Origin: Octopus sinensis
Lineage: Eukaryota
Direction of reading: 5' to 3'
DNA length: 64,000 bases
NCBI RefSeq assembly: GCF_006345805.1
Contig: NC_042998.1
Span: 99,262,001-99,326,000 of the forward strand
Shown here: positions 39,376 through 51,649 of the stretch, piece by piece
Numbering within the stretch: position 1 is the stretch's first letter
Layout: each line of letters opens with the position of its first letter
Made by a program: the position numbers and the translations under genes
The notes under the pieces: model-generated
Told to the model about the DNA's origin: nothing
Database searches by the model: none
Seen by the model: only the letters and a program-made list of their open reading frames with translations

Positions 39376-40674
39376 TCCATATAGCACCTAAAAACACCTT
39401 TAAAAGTTTTGACCTAGATGAAATTTAGAAAGTAGAAAGAATTTTCTTTTTAATCAAATTTATTGAATAATTACCCTAATTTCATACCAAACCAAAATAA
39501 TTTTATTGAGAAAAGGCAGATATCAGATTTTTATTAAAGTTATTCAATTTAAATGTATTTTATTGTTTAATTTTTTTACATCCATTCCAATAATTGAAAC
39601 CTTTCCAAATCAAACAGTTCTGCATTTATTTATTTACTTTTTTTAACATCTGTCTATACTTGCTAAATTTTCAAAATTGTTATATTTTAAAAGAAATTTA
39701 CTTCTTTGATTGATCCTAATCAATTCTATTTACTGCTAGTCTAGCCAAATACAACTAAATTACATTGTGTTGTAAAAAGTTCTAACATGTTCCCTAACAT
39801 CCCAGAATTCTGATAAGGGACTTCTTTGTTCTGTTTTTATGTATATTATTAAATTGCTTTCTTTTAGATCATAGGACTTCAGGTAAATATGCTGTGTAGC
39901 AACTGTGTATAGAAACCCACCTGAGTATTAACCAACTCCATAAATATATCTTTTGCACATTGGTAGCAGATGACTGATTAAAACATATTTCTTTTGTGTA
40001 TAAGTTATAGGATTGTTGTTGAAAGAACACCTTAAGCAACCATAACCCAATTCTCCATCAGATTCACCATTATTAACAGTTTACCAAATGAAGTTTTTAT
40101 TTCTTTTTATTCCTTAATATTGCGGCTCTTTCATGCCACTCTACTTTTGAACAAAGTAGAACAAATTTTTATCCATATTTTATTTACTGATCTCAAACAG
40201 TGATCAGTTTTGTGATTCTATGAAGTAAAATTGTTCATTTAATCATGACTTTCCTGATAAATTCTGTACCAAAATATGTATAATAATACTACATGATGAA
40301 AGCAGCACTCATACATGCAGTAAAAAACAAATAGAAAATTATTCCTGTTTGAGTGTGTTTATGTGTCATATAAGTTTCAGCTTTAAACATGATGCCTTAT
40401 GAACCAAGATCCATCTTTCTCAGTTAGATTTTCTATTATTGCATTAAAACAGTTTTAGATAAGTCTAGTTACATTTTTTTTTAAACACTTGATGCTGTGG
40501 TTCTGTTTATGTCACTGCAGTTCTGAACAAAGAACAAACTTTGGTCAATATTTTATTTACTGAACTGAAACATATCTTGGTGTGTCATGAATTTTCTGAT
40601 TTGTTTTGTGATGCAGCATCTTTAGTTTACTCTTTTTTTTGTAATAAGTACAGAATATTTCTAATATTTTTCAG

Positions 40675-40728
40675 GGACAGTCCAAATATGGTCAAAAATT
40701 TTGAACTACGGAAAGGCTATACAATTGA
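40675..40728 (+). CDS. Exon 11: WDSPNMVKNFELRKGYTI
   Basis: tttcag| and |gtaagt; 'VK.FEL' discoidin strand. Confidence 0.9.
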
Positions 40729-40962
40729 GTAAGTTGAAATGTTTCACCATAATGAAATGGGAATTGACTGGTATTTTTTATAACAATATTTGTTGCTCTG
40801 AACATTTCTGAATATAAAATTACTGATCAGTAGCATTTGTAAATTATTCTTAGGCATTGAACTAGATTTTTTTTTTTAAGGCAGAGGTAGGAAGAGCAAT
40901 GCTTGGCTCTTGTCAGTGTCTCTGCAACTGGTGAGAAGAAGACAAGAAATTCTCTTCCTTAA

Positions 40963-41182
40963 TCCTTTAGCATTCAAACCGGCCATATCCGGCCAAAATA
41001 TTTAACCTGTTTTATATTGAAACTGACCAGTTCTCGCCTCTAACCTCAGCCCTACCATGTCATTCTAAAACTAAAAAATCACATCACTGAAATCTCTAAA
41101 CTACAAGATAATGCATGATTAATTCAAACCATTTTAAATAAACAAACATCACATTTGACAGAATAATCTGAGCACTAAAGGG
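40963..41182 (-). mobile_element. piggyBac-type MITE, reverse orientation. Partial copies at 25319-25492, 36195-36354, 52853-53030
   Basis: TTAA flanks and the same internal sequence. Confidence 0.8.
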
Positions 41183-41206
41183 TTAAACCAGAATACTTGC
41201 ACCAGA

Positions 41207-41862
41207 GTGTGCTACTTCAAGTGGTAATCCATGGACCGGTGCTGGTTCATGGACTGGCACCAGTCCATGAGCCATCTGCTGCTGGTAAGCAGCAAGTTTC
41301 CAGAAAAGAAAGAAATATTATAAAATGCTTATGTAATATTGTATTATATGTTTACAAAATAAATATACGATAAAAATACTTGTCAACTTTTATTATATTC
41401 ATTGACTGGCTTCCATGCCGGTGGCACAAAAATGCTGGTGGCGCATCAAAAAACGTTCGAGTGAGGTTGTTGCCAGTACCGCTGGACTGGCTCCTGTGCG
41501 GGTGGCACGTAAAAAACACCATTTGAGCATGACCGTTGGCAGTACTGCCTGACTGGCCCTTGTGCTGGTGGCACGTAAAACCACCCATACACTCTCGGAA
41601 TGGTTGGCGTTAGGAAGGGCATCCAACTGTAGAAACTCTGCCAGATCAGATTGGAGCCTGGTGCAGCCGTCTGGTTTGCCAGTCCTCAGACAAATCGTCC
41701 AACCCATGCTAGCTTGGAAAGCGGACATTAAACGATGATGATGATGATGATGTTTCTGGTATAAATTGATGTTACTAAGAAATATTACCAGTCTCTGGCA
41801 CAGGCACATTGGAAAAAAAAATAACTGCCGGTATGCCACATCAGATTGTTTGAGAAGCACTG
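41207..41862. mobile_element. hAT (Charlie-like) MITE remnant with nested RTE-tail insertion
   Basis: Left end gtgctacttcaagtgg...ggaccggtgc; right end gtttgagaagcactg. No clear TSD. Confidence 0.55.
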
Positions 41863-42824
41863 TGCTACACTACTTATATGTCAACTAATAATCCTTTCTA
41901 CTCTAGACACAAGATCAGAAATTTTGGAAGAGAAAAGGCAGTCGATTACATCAACCCCAGTACTTAACTGGTGTTTATTTGATTGATGAAAAGCTAAGTC
42001 AACCGTGACAGAATTTGAACTCAGAATGTAAAGATGGATGAAATGCCACTAAGCATTTTTTCCAGCATGCTAACAATTCTGTGAGCTTATCACCTTTATA
42101 TGTCAACTAATAATCATATTAGTAGTGTGGCATATATCAGTTTTGATCCTTGATTTGTGGGCTTTGGTTCTCTTGTATTATTACCTATAATTGCTTGGAC
42201 ACTGAATGTGGTGGCATTCATTTGAATGCTCAAAATTGAGAATGGCTTCATCATCATCATCAACATTTAGTGTTTTGTGTTTCCATGCTAACATGGGTTA
42301 GACAGCTCGACAGGACCTGGCAAAGCCAGGACCTACGACAGTCAATTTATTAACATTATACAAGACCCAAATGGCCTAAACTCAAGGTAAACAAAACTTG
42401 GTTTGACTATTCTTGCAGTAGCTTCATAGCATCAATAAATAATGTTCCATTTAGCAACAAGAGATAATAGCAACTAAACATCTTTGATACAATCTGATTA
42501 GATCATTCTAAGGTTTGGTGTCACTTCTTGATAGGACTATTTATTTAATATGTTCTGCTAATATACTGAGCACATGACACAAATGGTGAATTATCCACTG
42601 ACACCACACTTGGAATTACATTTATTAAATTGAAATTATTGTGATGATCATCAGTATCAATTTATGTCTACTTTTCCATGCTTAACATAAGCTGGACAGA
42701 CAATTTCAGCAGGGTTTCTCATCTTTTGTTGTAGTTTTTGTCACCTCTTCCATGAGGTTCAGCCTTTAGTGTGTGTATGTAACTATATTTTTATATATTG
42801 ATATGTATTATTTATCTTTTACAG

Positions 42825-42892
42825 AGGCCCCTGGTCAACTGTAGTTCATTTTGCCTGTAAATCAGAAGGTAGTAGTGACCCTAAGGACCCAG
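42825..42892 (+). CDS. Exon 12: EGPWSTVVHFACKSEGSSDPKDP
   Basis: ttacag| and |gtgagt. Confidence 0.92.
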
Positions 42893-43029
42893 GTGAGTAA
42901 TAAGATAAATTATATTAATAATCAAAAGGGTATTAATGTTTTAAAAACTTAAATCTATTTTAGCATCATTTGGGAGAAGTTTTATCAAATGTTTAATCAC
43001 AAAAGATTGATCTGAGATTAATTAGATTA

Positions 43030-43800
43030 ATGATATCATTATCATCACCATTTAATGTCTGCTTTCCATGCTAGCAGGGGTTGGACGATTTGACTGAGGA
43101 TCAGCGAACCAGATGGCAGAGTTTCCACGGCAGGATGCCCTTCCCGATGCCAACCACTTTGAGAATGTATTGGGTGCTTTTATGTACCACCGGCACGAAG
43201 GCCAGTCAGGCGGTACTAGCAAAAGCCATGCTCAAAAAGTGTTTTTTATGTGTCACCTGCACAGGAGCCAGTCCAGCAGCACTGGCAACAACCTCACTCG
43301 AATGTTTAATCACATGCCAGTAAGGCGATGCTGGTAGCAATCACGCTTGAATGGTGCTTTTTATGTGCCACTGGCACGGAAGCCAGATGATCCTCAGATG
43401 GTGCTCTTAGCGCTCCACTAGCATGGATGCCAGTCATTGGATTTGATTTTGATTTCACTTGCCTCAACAGGTCTTTGCAAGCAGAGTTTAGTGTCCAATG
43501 AAGGAAAGATACACATAAGTGGGCTGGTTACACTCCTGGCATAGGCCACGAGGTTATGGTCTCACTTGGCTTGCCGGGTCTTCTCAAGCACAACATATTT
43601 CCAAAGGTCTCAGTCACTAGTCATTGCCTCGGTGAGGCCTAATGTTCGAAGGTCATGCTTCATCATTTCATCCCAGGTCTTCCTGTGTCTACCTCTTCCA
43701 CAGGTTCCCTCAACCACTAGGGTGTGACACTTTTTCACACAGCTATCCTCATCCATTCTTGCCACATGACCATACCAGCGCAGCCGGCTCATTATTGTTT
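43030..43800 (-). mobile_element. RTE-clade LINE 3' end: ORF C-terminus, VNTR-containing 3' UTR and (GAT)n tail
   Basis: RLRWYGHVARM...GRGRHRKTW is contiguous with ~60 bp gtgcc.gtggcac units and the tail ggaaagcagacattaaatggtgatg. Confidence 0.85.
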
Positions 43801-45712
43801 TAGGCACCAGACTTCTGTAACTGTTTTGGCAGGATTTTTACATCTGGATGCCCTTCCTAACACCAACCACTCAACAAAGTGGACTCAGTGCTTTATACGT
43901 GGCACAAGCACAGGTGAGGTCATTTTTGGCAAGGTTTTTACAGCTGGATGCCCTTCCACACACCAATCACTTTACAGTGTGGACTGGATGCTTTTTAAGT
44001 GGCACCTGCACTGACAGGGTCACCAAGTACCTTGCAACACAAAAACAAAATCTTTTGAGAGGGGAGGAGGCATTGGAGGAGGTAATCTTGTGCCAGATGA
44101 TGAAGCCTTGAGTGTCTTGCTGTAGAGGAGGTACAAGATTATCCAGCCAAAGGCAGAGAGAGAGAGAGAGAGAGATCAGGAATGAAGATAGAAACCGGTA
44201 TGCTACCACAAAGGAGATATATGGTTACCCAACCTGAGGGAAGTGCAGGAGAAGGAGAGAGAAATTGAAAGACAGCAGGATAGAGATGGTGGCAAAGTGC
44301 CAGGCATGCTCACAAGGGACTGGGATTAGAACATAAATGGGATGGTCGAGTAATGGAAGAGAGATATACAGATGGCAGTAAGTGCCAGGGCATACCCTTG
44401 AGATTTGAAGGTCATAATATAAATGCAGGATATTGCCAAAGAAGCATGATTAGATAACATGATAAGGAATGTAATATTTATATATGTATATGTGTGTGTG
44501 TGTGTGTGTACCTTTGTTTAGATAGCATGTGATGGTTGTAAATGAGCATTATCTTCATATAAGCCAGGTTGTTAGTTTCCAGTCTTCCATGTTTTACCAT
44601 GGAGGAAATATTAACTTGCTTGGAAACATGTGAAGGTTGGTGACAGGAAAGGCATCCAACAGTAAAAAATCTGTCCCAATAAATTCCATGCAACCCATGC
44701 ATGGTTAAAAAGTAGGTGTTAAAATGATGATGATGATGATGATGACAATGATGATGATATGCTACCAAGAAGGATTATCAGGGAAGACTGTAAACATAGA
44801 CACACACACACATATCCCTTTTATATTTTGTGTTAAAATTCCATTCAGGTCAGTTTTGCCTTTTTTCTTCCAGAATTGATAAAATAAATACTTGACAAAA
44901 TACTTGGGTTTTACATAACCAATTAAAAACTTCAAAGGTAGTTCCATCAAGATGTTCACTAGCCAAAAACTGAAAGTAGTAAAAAAAGAAATTAAAAGAA
45001 AATAGTGGCACTTTAGTATTAACTTGATCATAACAATTTCATGTTTCTAACATCTTCATATCACAATATAAGAACTATAGGTAGAAGACTGAAGTCTGTT
45101 GCAATTTTTGATGCACAAAATTTTTTATTTTTTTCATACACAAAAACAAATATAGTTGTTACTATGATTGACAAAATGTCATGAGAGTTTGGAGATAATA
45201 GTTTTGGGGTTGATGTGGCTGAAGCAGCAGTCAAAAGGTTGACTGCTGGTTATTGTGTTACAGTTACCTATTGTTCATTAGCTTGTGGTGTCAGCTGCTG
45301 CTCTGCTACTGTCTCCTGTGTCCAGTCTGATGTCTCCTCTTCACTGTCTCACATGCTAAATGCTAAGCTGTCTCTCAATGCTCTCTATTTTGTAGTGTGC
45401 TGAATTTATGCTGCTAGGTAGGCTCAAAGAGAAAGGTGCAAAAAGTTGGTACTGTTGCTGGAGCCAGTTTCATGTGAAGTCATGAATGGCCAAATTTTGT
45501 TGATTATGCGAGTAATATTTTAGTAAATTGCAACATCAGGTGATTGTTGAATATTCCTGCTACAGGACCATTATTGTTCTTTAGTGAGACAAGACTTCTT
45601 TGTTATCTAGTAAATCAGCATTATCTGTGAAAAATGTAACAATTTTGTAAATAAATTATAAAGAAAGACCATCCACATGTTTGATATATTTTTTATTTTT
45701 CATTCAATTCAG

Positions 45713-45957
45713 GAAAAGCTCAGATCTTTGATGGCTTCTCCGACAGCTCCCGTTTTTGGCAGCTTCTAATCATTGACAACCACGGGGGAAGCTGCATCTG
45801 TTTTCAGGGCATCAATTTATATGGCGCTGAAAAACGGATTTTCACTGAACTTGAACAGATGTGCTTTTCAGAAGAGTTTGCTAACAGGGTTGTGCAAAAG
45901 GGTTTTAATACATATAAAAAGTTTTTAGAAATGAAAGAATCGGACTTAAAAACTCTG
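45713..45957 (+). CDS. Exon 13: end of F5/8C-like domain (SRFWQLLIIDNHGGSCICFQGINLYG) and start of SAM-like domain (ELEQMCFSEEFANRVVQKGFNTYKKFLEMKESDLKTL)
   Basis: attcag| and |gtaatt; 81 open codons. Confidence 0.93.
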
Positions 45958-46309
45958 GTAATTATTTGTTTCTTTACTTCCTTTGTACATATACATATAT
46001 GTATATCTCTTTTTAATTTTTTGAATCTTTCCTATAAAGAAAGGACTAATTTTGGAATGAGGCTCTAACATAGAAACTAGCTCACTATTTGGATTTAGAA
46101 CAACAAAAGTAAAAAGTTAAATGCTGAATTTTAGAAAAGTTTTGCATATTCACACTTACTGATTGAATTCGAAGAATATGAATTAGATTTTCCAGGCTAT
46201 AATGGAGTAGTATAACTAGATTCTCTATCAAAAGAGCCTCTTTATAGTCAATCAACCATTAAAAACATCATCCAAATTTTCTTTAAATCCACCCTATCAT
46301 TTTAAGCAT

Positions 46310-46780
46310 TTTTGATTTTGATTGTGATTTCACTTGCCTCAACAGGTCTTCACAGACAACACATAAGTAGGTTGGTTACACCGCTGGCATAGGCCACGGG
46401 TTATGGTCTCACTTGGTTTGTCGGGTTCTCTCAAGCACAGCATATTTCCAAAGGTCTTGGTCGCTAGTCATTGCCTTGGTGAGGCCTTATGTTCAAAGGT
46501 CATACTTCACCACCTCATCCCAGGTCTTCCTGGGTCTACCTCTTCCACAGGTTCCCTCAACCGCTAGGGTATGGTACTTTTTCACACAGCTATCCTCATC
46601 CATTCGCACCACATGTCCGTACCAGTGCAGTCATATCTCATGCACACAACATCTGATGCTTCTTAGGTCTAACTTTTCTCTCAAGGCACTTACACTCTGT
46701 CGTGTATGCACACTGACATTACACATCCAGCGGAGCATACTGGCTTCATTCCTTGCAAACTTAATCATGTCCTCAGGCAG
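46310..46780 (-). mobile_element. RTE LINE fragment of the same family as 43440-43800
   Basis: DNA similarity to 43440-43800; LRWYGHV/GRGRPRKTW-type coding remnant. Confidence 0.8.
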
Positions 46781-47311
46781 AGTGAACCAGGATTTTTGTG
46801 TGGGGTTTACCTCAGATTACCTTAAGTGAACTGCCCCATTATTGGGAAATCTATTTATTTATATATTATCTATTTCTCTACTTTCTATTATATATCCTCT
46901 GTTATATCCTCTAATGTGGTAGTATCTCTCTTTGATTGATGTTAACCCCACATGTTTTTGTGTAATTTCTTTTGTGCTGTAACTCATTCTGCGATATTGT
47001 CCTCCATGTCTTGGGCTCTTGTGGCCAATAAAAGAAATCATTATTATTATTATCATTATTATTTTTATTAAGGTGGTGAGCTGGCAGAATTGTCAGCATG
47101 CTGGGGTAAATGTTTAGCAGCATTTCATCCATCTTTATGTTCTGAGTTCAAATTCTATCAAAGTAAACTTTGCCTTTCATCCTTTCAGGGTCAATAAATT
47201 TAGCACTAGTCAAGTACTGGGGTCGATGTAATTGACTTTCCTCCTCCCCCAAAATTTCAGGCCTTGTGCCATTAGTAGAAAGGATTATTATTATTATTAT
47301 TATTAATTAGC

Positions 47312-48442
47312 AGTCTTATTTTTATCATGTGCTTTCACTGCACTAATGAGCGCAGCTCTGTATGCCTCGGGTATGTGCTGTGGTTTGTTGTGATGCTGTT
47401 ATTTTCACTGTATTGGAAGTGTTTTAGGCGTGCAGTGCCTAGTAGTGCTATTTTCTCTATGTTATATATACTTGTAGCCCTGGTGTTTTTGTTATGTATT
47501 TGTCCGAATGTTTTTTATCATACCTAATGCACCTACTATGATAGGAATTGTTTCTATTTTTAGGCTCCACATTCATGTTACCTCTATTTCCAGATCTTTG
47601 TACTTTGAAAGTTTCTCCATTTCTTTTAGAGAAACATTGTCACCTGTTGGTATTGATACATTGATGAGAAAGCATTCTTTTCTTGGTATTTTCATATTTG
47701 TCACCTTCCTTAAAGACAGAAAACAGTTTTTTGTTTTGTTCATGTTTTGTAGCTATTTGTATTAGTTTTCCTTGCTTCTGAAGTAGATATTTCTGTAGTC
47801 CAATGGTGGTGTTTTATAATAGATCTATAGCTGTATAAGGCCTCTACCACCTTTGATACATTGTATATACAGCCTTTCTATTTTGGGTGGTGCATCCTAG
47901 CATATAGCCTTTCAGATTTTGGGTGGTGCATTCTAAATCCTGTCATTATTTTTCTTGTTTTCCTGTCTAGAGTGTTGATATCTATTATCTTGTTTTTCTC
48001 ATTGAGCTGTTTTCATTATTGATCTAACTTATCTATAGTATTCCTTTCTTATCTTCTCTTTCATTTGTGTGTGTTGTATTGTATCTAGCTCATTCATTCC
48101 TAAGTATTTGTATATCTGGCTTTGGTCTAATTTTTGTATTTCATTTGTTTTATCTAGAGTGCTATTGTTACTCTTAACTAGTTTCCTCTTTTCAGGGTTG
48201 CTTTGAGACATTTTTCTAAGCCAAATTGCATGTTTATTTTTTTGGTAAATCCATGTACTATCTGTAGTAATGTTTCCAGCTGTTTAGCATTTGTAGCATA
48301 CAGTTTTAGATTATCCAGATACAAGAGATGGTTGATTGCTTTGCCATAACAGTTGTATCCACATCCAATTCTATTTAGCATGTCAGCTAAAGGTGTCAGT
48401 GCCAAGCAGAAAAGGAGTGGAGAGAGCGTGTCTCCTTGAAAT
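47312..48442 (-). mobile_element. R4/Dong-like non-LTR retrotransposon, internally deleted (RT plus end of RLE endonuclease)
   Basis: FQGDTLSPLLF, HLLYLDNLKLYA, FGLEKC, YKYLG, GGRGL, then a junction near 47690 to KLSKYKDLEIE...GALG...IALLGTA. Confidence 0.88.
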
Positions 48443-48454
48443 ATTATTATTATT

Positions 48455-48688
48455 AGAAAAAAACTCTCAGCTTATTTTGCTAGGCATTGTGGAAAGTGTC
48501 TGCTGTCAACAACCAGCAGACTAAGGTGACACTTGTTTACTGGTCATGCTTCAAGAACCCTGCAGAGAACTCTTGCAGTTCCAAGCAATAATGATTTTTG
48601 TAGGTTTTCTATTTTCACATTTGTACCAATCTTTTTGAGCTATGTTGATAGTTGAATGATGATACTTCCAAATGTGCCAATCACTATC
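48455..48688 (-). mobile_element. R4/Dong-like 3' fragment of a different subfamily
   Basis: C-terminal LQKSLLLGTARVLCRVLEA* followed by a 3' UTR. Confidence 0.7.
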
Positions 48689-49225
48689 ATTATTATTATT
48701 TCCATTTTACTTCTCAAAGCTCCTGATTTTACTTTCTCCAGCTAATCCTGTAAGCGTAGGCAACAACCTGTTGGGAAAGGTCTCACAGGGTCTCTTCTCA
48801 CAATACTTAACCCTCAAGTACAAATTTCAAAATCCTTGTTCAAATTCAACCAAGATTAACTTTGCCTTTCATCCTCTCAGGGTTGATAAAATAAGTACCA
48901 GGGTCGAATACTGAGGTCAGTGTAATCAACTTACCCCCACCCCAAACTTGCCAGCCTTGTGCAAAAATTTGGAACCATAATAATTATTGTCGTTGTTATT
49001 GTTATAATTATCATTTAAGATGGTGAGCTGGTAGATTAGTTAGCACCGGGCGAAATGCTTAGCAGCATTTCCTCTTTCTGCACATTCTGAGTTCAAATTC
49101 TTTTCATCCTTTCGGGCTCAATGGAATAAGTATCAGTTGAACACTGAAGTTGATGAAATTGACTATCCCCCTCCCCCAAATTTCAGGCCTTGTGCCTTTA
49201 GTAGAAAGGATTATTATTATTATTA

Positions 49226-50016
49226 TATGTTTGACTTTTGCTTTGTATTTGTAGAAGTTGACTCCAAGTCTCACTCAGAAACCTCAAGAGACAACAAATT
49301 AGAAGTTCGAAGCCTAAAGTGTCATATATTTGGTTTTGCACATAGTATTGTTTGAGAGAATGTTTAAGAAAACAAGAAAATTATAAGTTTGTTTTAAAAT
49401 TTGAGATTACATAGACAATATTTTATGTAGGATATGGGCAATTCCCATGAGCACTATCTTTTGAATTTCTGCCATTTTGGAGTTTCTTGGTATCTGAGCT
49501 AGGTAGGAATCAGCCCCCTTTGCTATCATTCATAGGGCACCTATGACAACAGGTATTGTTTTAGTCCTCGAGGTTCCACATTTTGCCAATTTCTATTTTA
49601 AGATTTTATACTTGCTCAGTTTTTGGTAGGTCTTGACAGATACATTTATGTCAATTGGGACAGTCATATCAATGAAGAGGCATGATTTTTGTCTGAAGTC
49701 TTTCAATATAATGTCTGGCCTATTCGCATCTATCTTTCTGTCAGTTTGAACAGTGAAGTTCCAGAGGAGTGAGATGTGGTCATTTTCAAGCACTGGAGGT
49801 GGTTTGTGTTCCCACCAGTTTTTATCATGGGGCATGTCCAGGTTTTTGCAAATTACCCAGCGAATATACTCTGCTGCTCTATCATGCCTGTTGAGATATT
49901 CTGTAGGCACAAGAAGACTGACATAGAAACAACTTGATCAATGGTTTCATTTTGTTGTTAGCATAAATGACATGTTGGGCTATTGCTGTTCTTTAATATG
50001 TTGGCCTGGTAGTTCC
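49226..50016 (-). mobile_element. R4/Dong-like 3' fragment (zinc knuckle and RLE endonuclease)
   Basis: CHLC...ETIDQ...RHD...LLWNFTVQTDRKIDANRPDII...IDMTVP...KLSKY. Confidence 0.9.
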
Positions 50017-50146
50017 TTATTATTATCATCATAATCATCATCATTATTAAGGAAATTGTGATATTTTCAAATTCTTAATTAGATATGTAAATGGATGCTT
50101 CTAACAGATGTTTCTGCCATTTTTTCTTTTTTTCAATTTCTTGTAG

Positions 50147-50207
50147 CTTCCAAATATAGATCAAGTCCGACACATGCTGATGCATTTAGGAGCTCTGAAA
50201 ATTAAAG
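50147..50207 (+). CDS. Exon 14: LPNIDQVRHMLMHLGALKIK, last SAM-like helix
   Basis: ttgtag| and |gttaat; phases fit. Confidence 0.87.
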
Positions 50208-50551
50208 GTTAATCTTCATTTTTCTTTTCTTTTAACTTTACTAAATGACATCCTTTTTTTTTTTTCCACTTAATGTAAGTTGTAGTTAAATTGACAAATA
50301 ATCAATAGTGGAGAAAGGTGAGCCATTAAGTTGACAGAAATGATTGAAATACTTAGCAATGTGGCAGTGTGATATAATCACTTTAAGTTATCTCTACAGA
50401 TTTGCTTTAGAATTTAAAGCCAGCACTGAAAGTTATGAAAATTCATATATGAATATGTCTATGTAAATAATGCGTTTGCATTGTTTACATAGGCATATTT
50501 GTATATGAAATGTCACAACTTTTAGTGTTGGCTCTAAAATTTTATAGAAAA

Positions 50552-50933
50552 CTAGCAGTATCGCCCGGCGTTGCTCAGGTTTGTAAGGGAAATAACTATA
50601 AAGCATTTTTAGAGAGTTATAGCCAAAAAATAGCAAAAAAATGGAAAAAAAATGATGGTAAATTTTTTTTTGAGTAAAAAAAGTTTGAGTTGCGTCCCTA
50701 GACAGTCTGTGGTTTATTTTTTTTGATTCTCGACCCCATGTCGAATTATCGATTTTTTCAGAACTGGGGGAACTTTTCAAAATTTTCGCTGCGTTAGTTT
50801 TGAATTATGACATTGGGCTATGTGTGTGTCAAGTTTCATCAGAATCGGTTGAAAGCCGTGGTCAGAGTGAGGGTACGAGAAAACAGACACACAGAAACAC
50901 GCACAGACAAACTGCCGTTTATATAGAGAGAGA
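50552..50933 (-). mobile_element. Non-autonomous Helitron
   Basis: On the - strand: A|TCtctctctatataaac ... cctgagcaacgccgggcgatactgCTAG|T. 5' TC, 3' subterminal GC-rich hairpin-like tract and CTAG end, A/T target, no TSD. Confidence 0.85.
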
Positions 50934-51532
50934 TCTGTAGTGATAACTTAAAAGTGATAGACATACATACATCATTATTATCATCATCATTGTTTATAAT
51001 CCGCTTTCCATGTTGGCATAGGTTGGACAGTTTGACTGAGGACAGGCACGGCAGGAGGCTGTACCACGCTCCAGTCTGATCTGTCAAGGTTTCTATAGCT
51101 GGATGCCCTTCCTAATGCCACCAACTCCTAGAGTGTAGTGGGTGCTTTTAACATGCCACCAGCACAGGGGCCAGTCAGGTGACTCTGGTGTCAACAACGC
51201 TCTGGCATTAAAAGCTCTCTGTTCTCTCTTACAATTCTATTCATACACTGGTTCTAATGATGACTAGTGTGAGATAGCTATTCCATGTTCACCTTACCAT
51301 GCACAGGACAACCTGTGCATGTGTGATACCTGGACATCTTCATGGGCACAAGAGATATATTCACCATTAAACATTGTATATTTGTAAACAATTTAAGTTT
51401 ATAAAATAACAATGGACCAAATAATAGAAATCAAACTATACATCTCTTGCCTTAAAAGTCAAACATTATATTTAAGTACAACATTTCTATTTTTGATTCT
51501 ATGGAATATCTTTTACATTTATAATTCAATAG

Positions 51533-51649
51533 AATATCCATTGCTTTGGAAGAAACCTCCAATCACTGAAGCTGAAGAAGGATCTCGCTTGCCTCGTTTC
51601 ATTGTGCAGTCAGCTGGTAATTCAGATATGTTAGAAATCATAGTTAATG
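51533..51649 (+). CDS. Exon 15: EYPLLWKKPPITEAEEGSRLPRFIVQSAGNSDMLEIIVN, Ig-like domain start
   Basis: caatag| and |gtaagt. Confidence 0.9.

Noticed and set aside
43190-43420. CRISPR-like array (palindromic ~60 bp periodic units)
   Set aside because: The whole unit repeats with no unique spacers, it is embedded in a LINE 3' UTR in an animal genome, and there are no cas genes.
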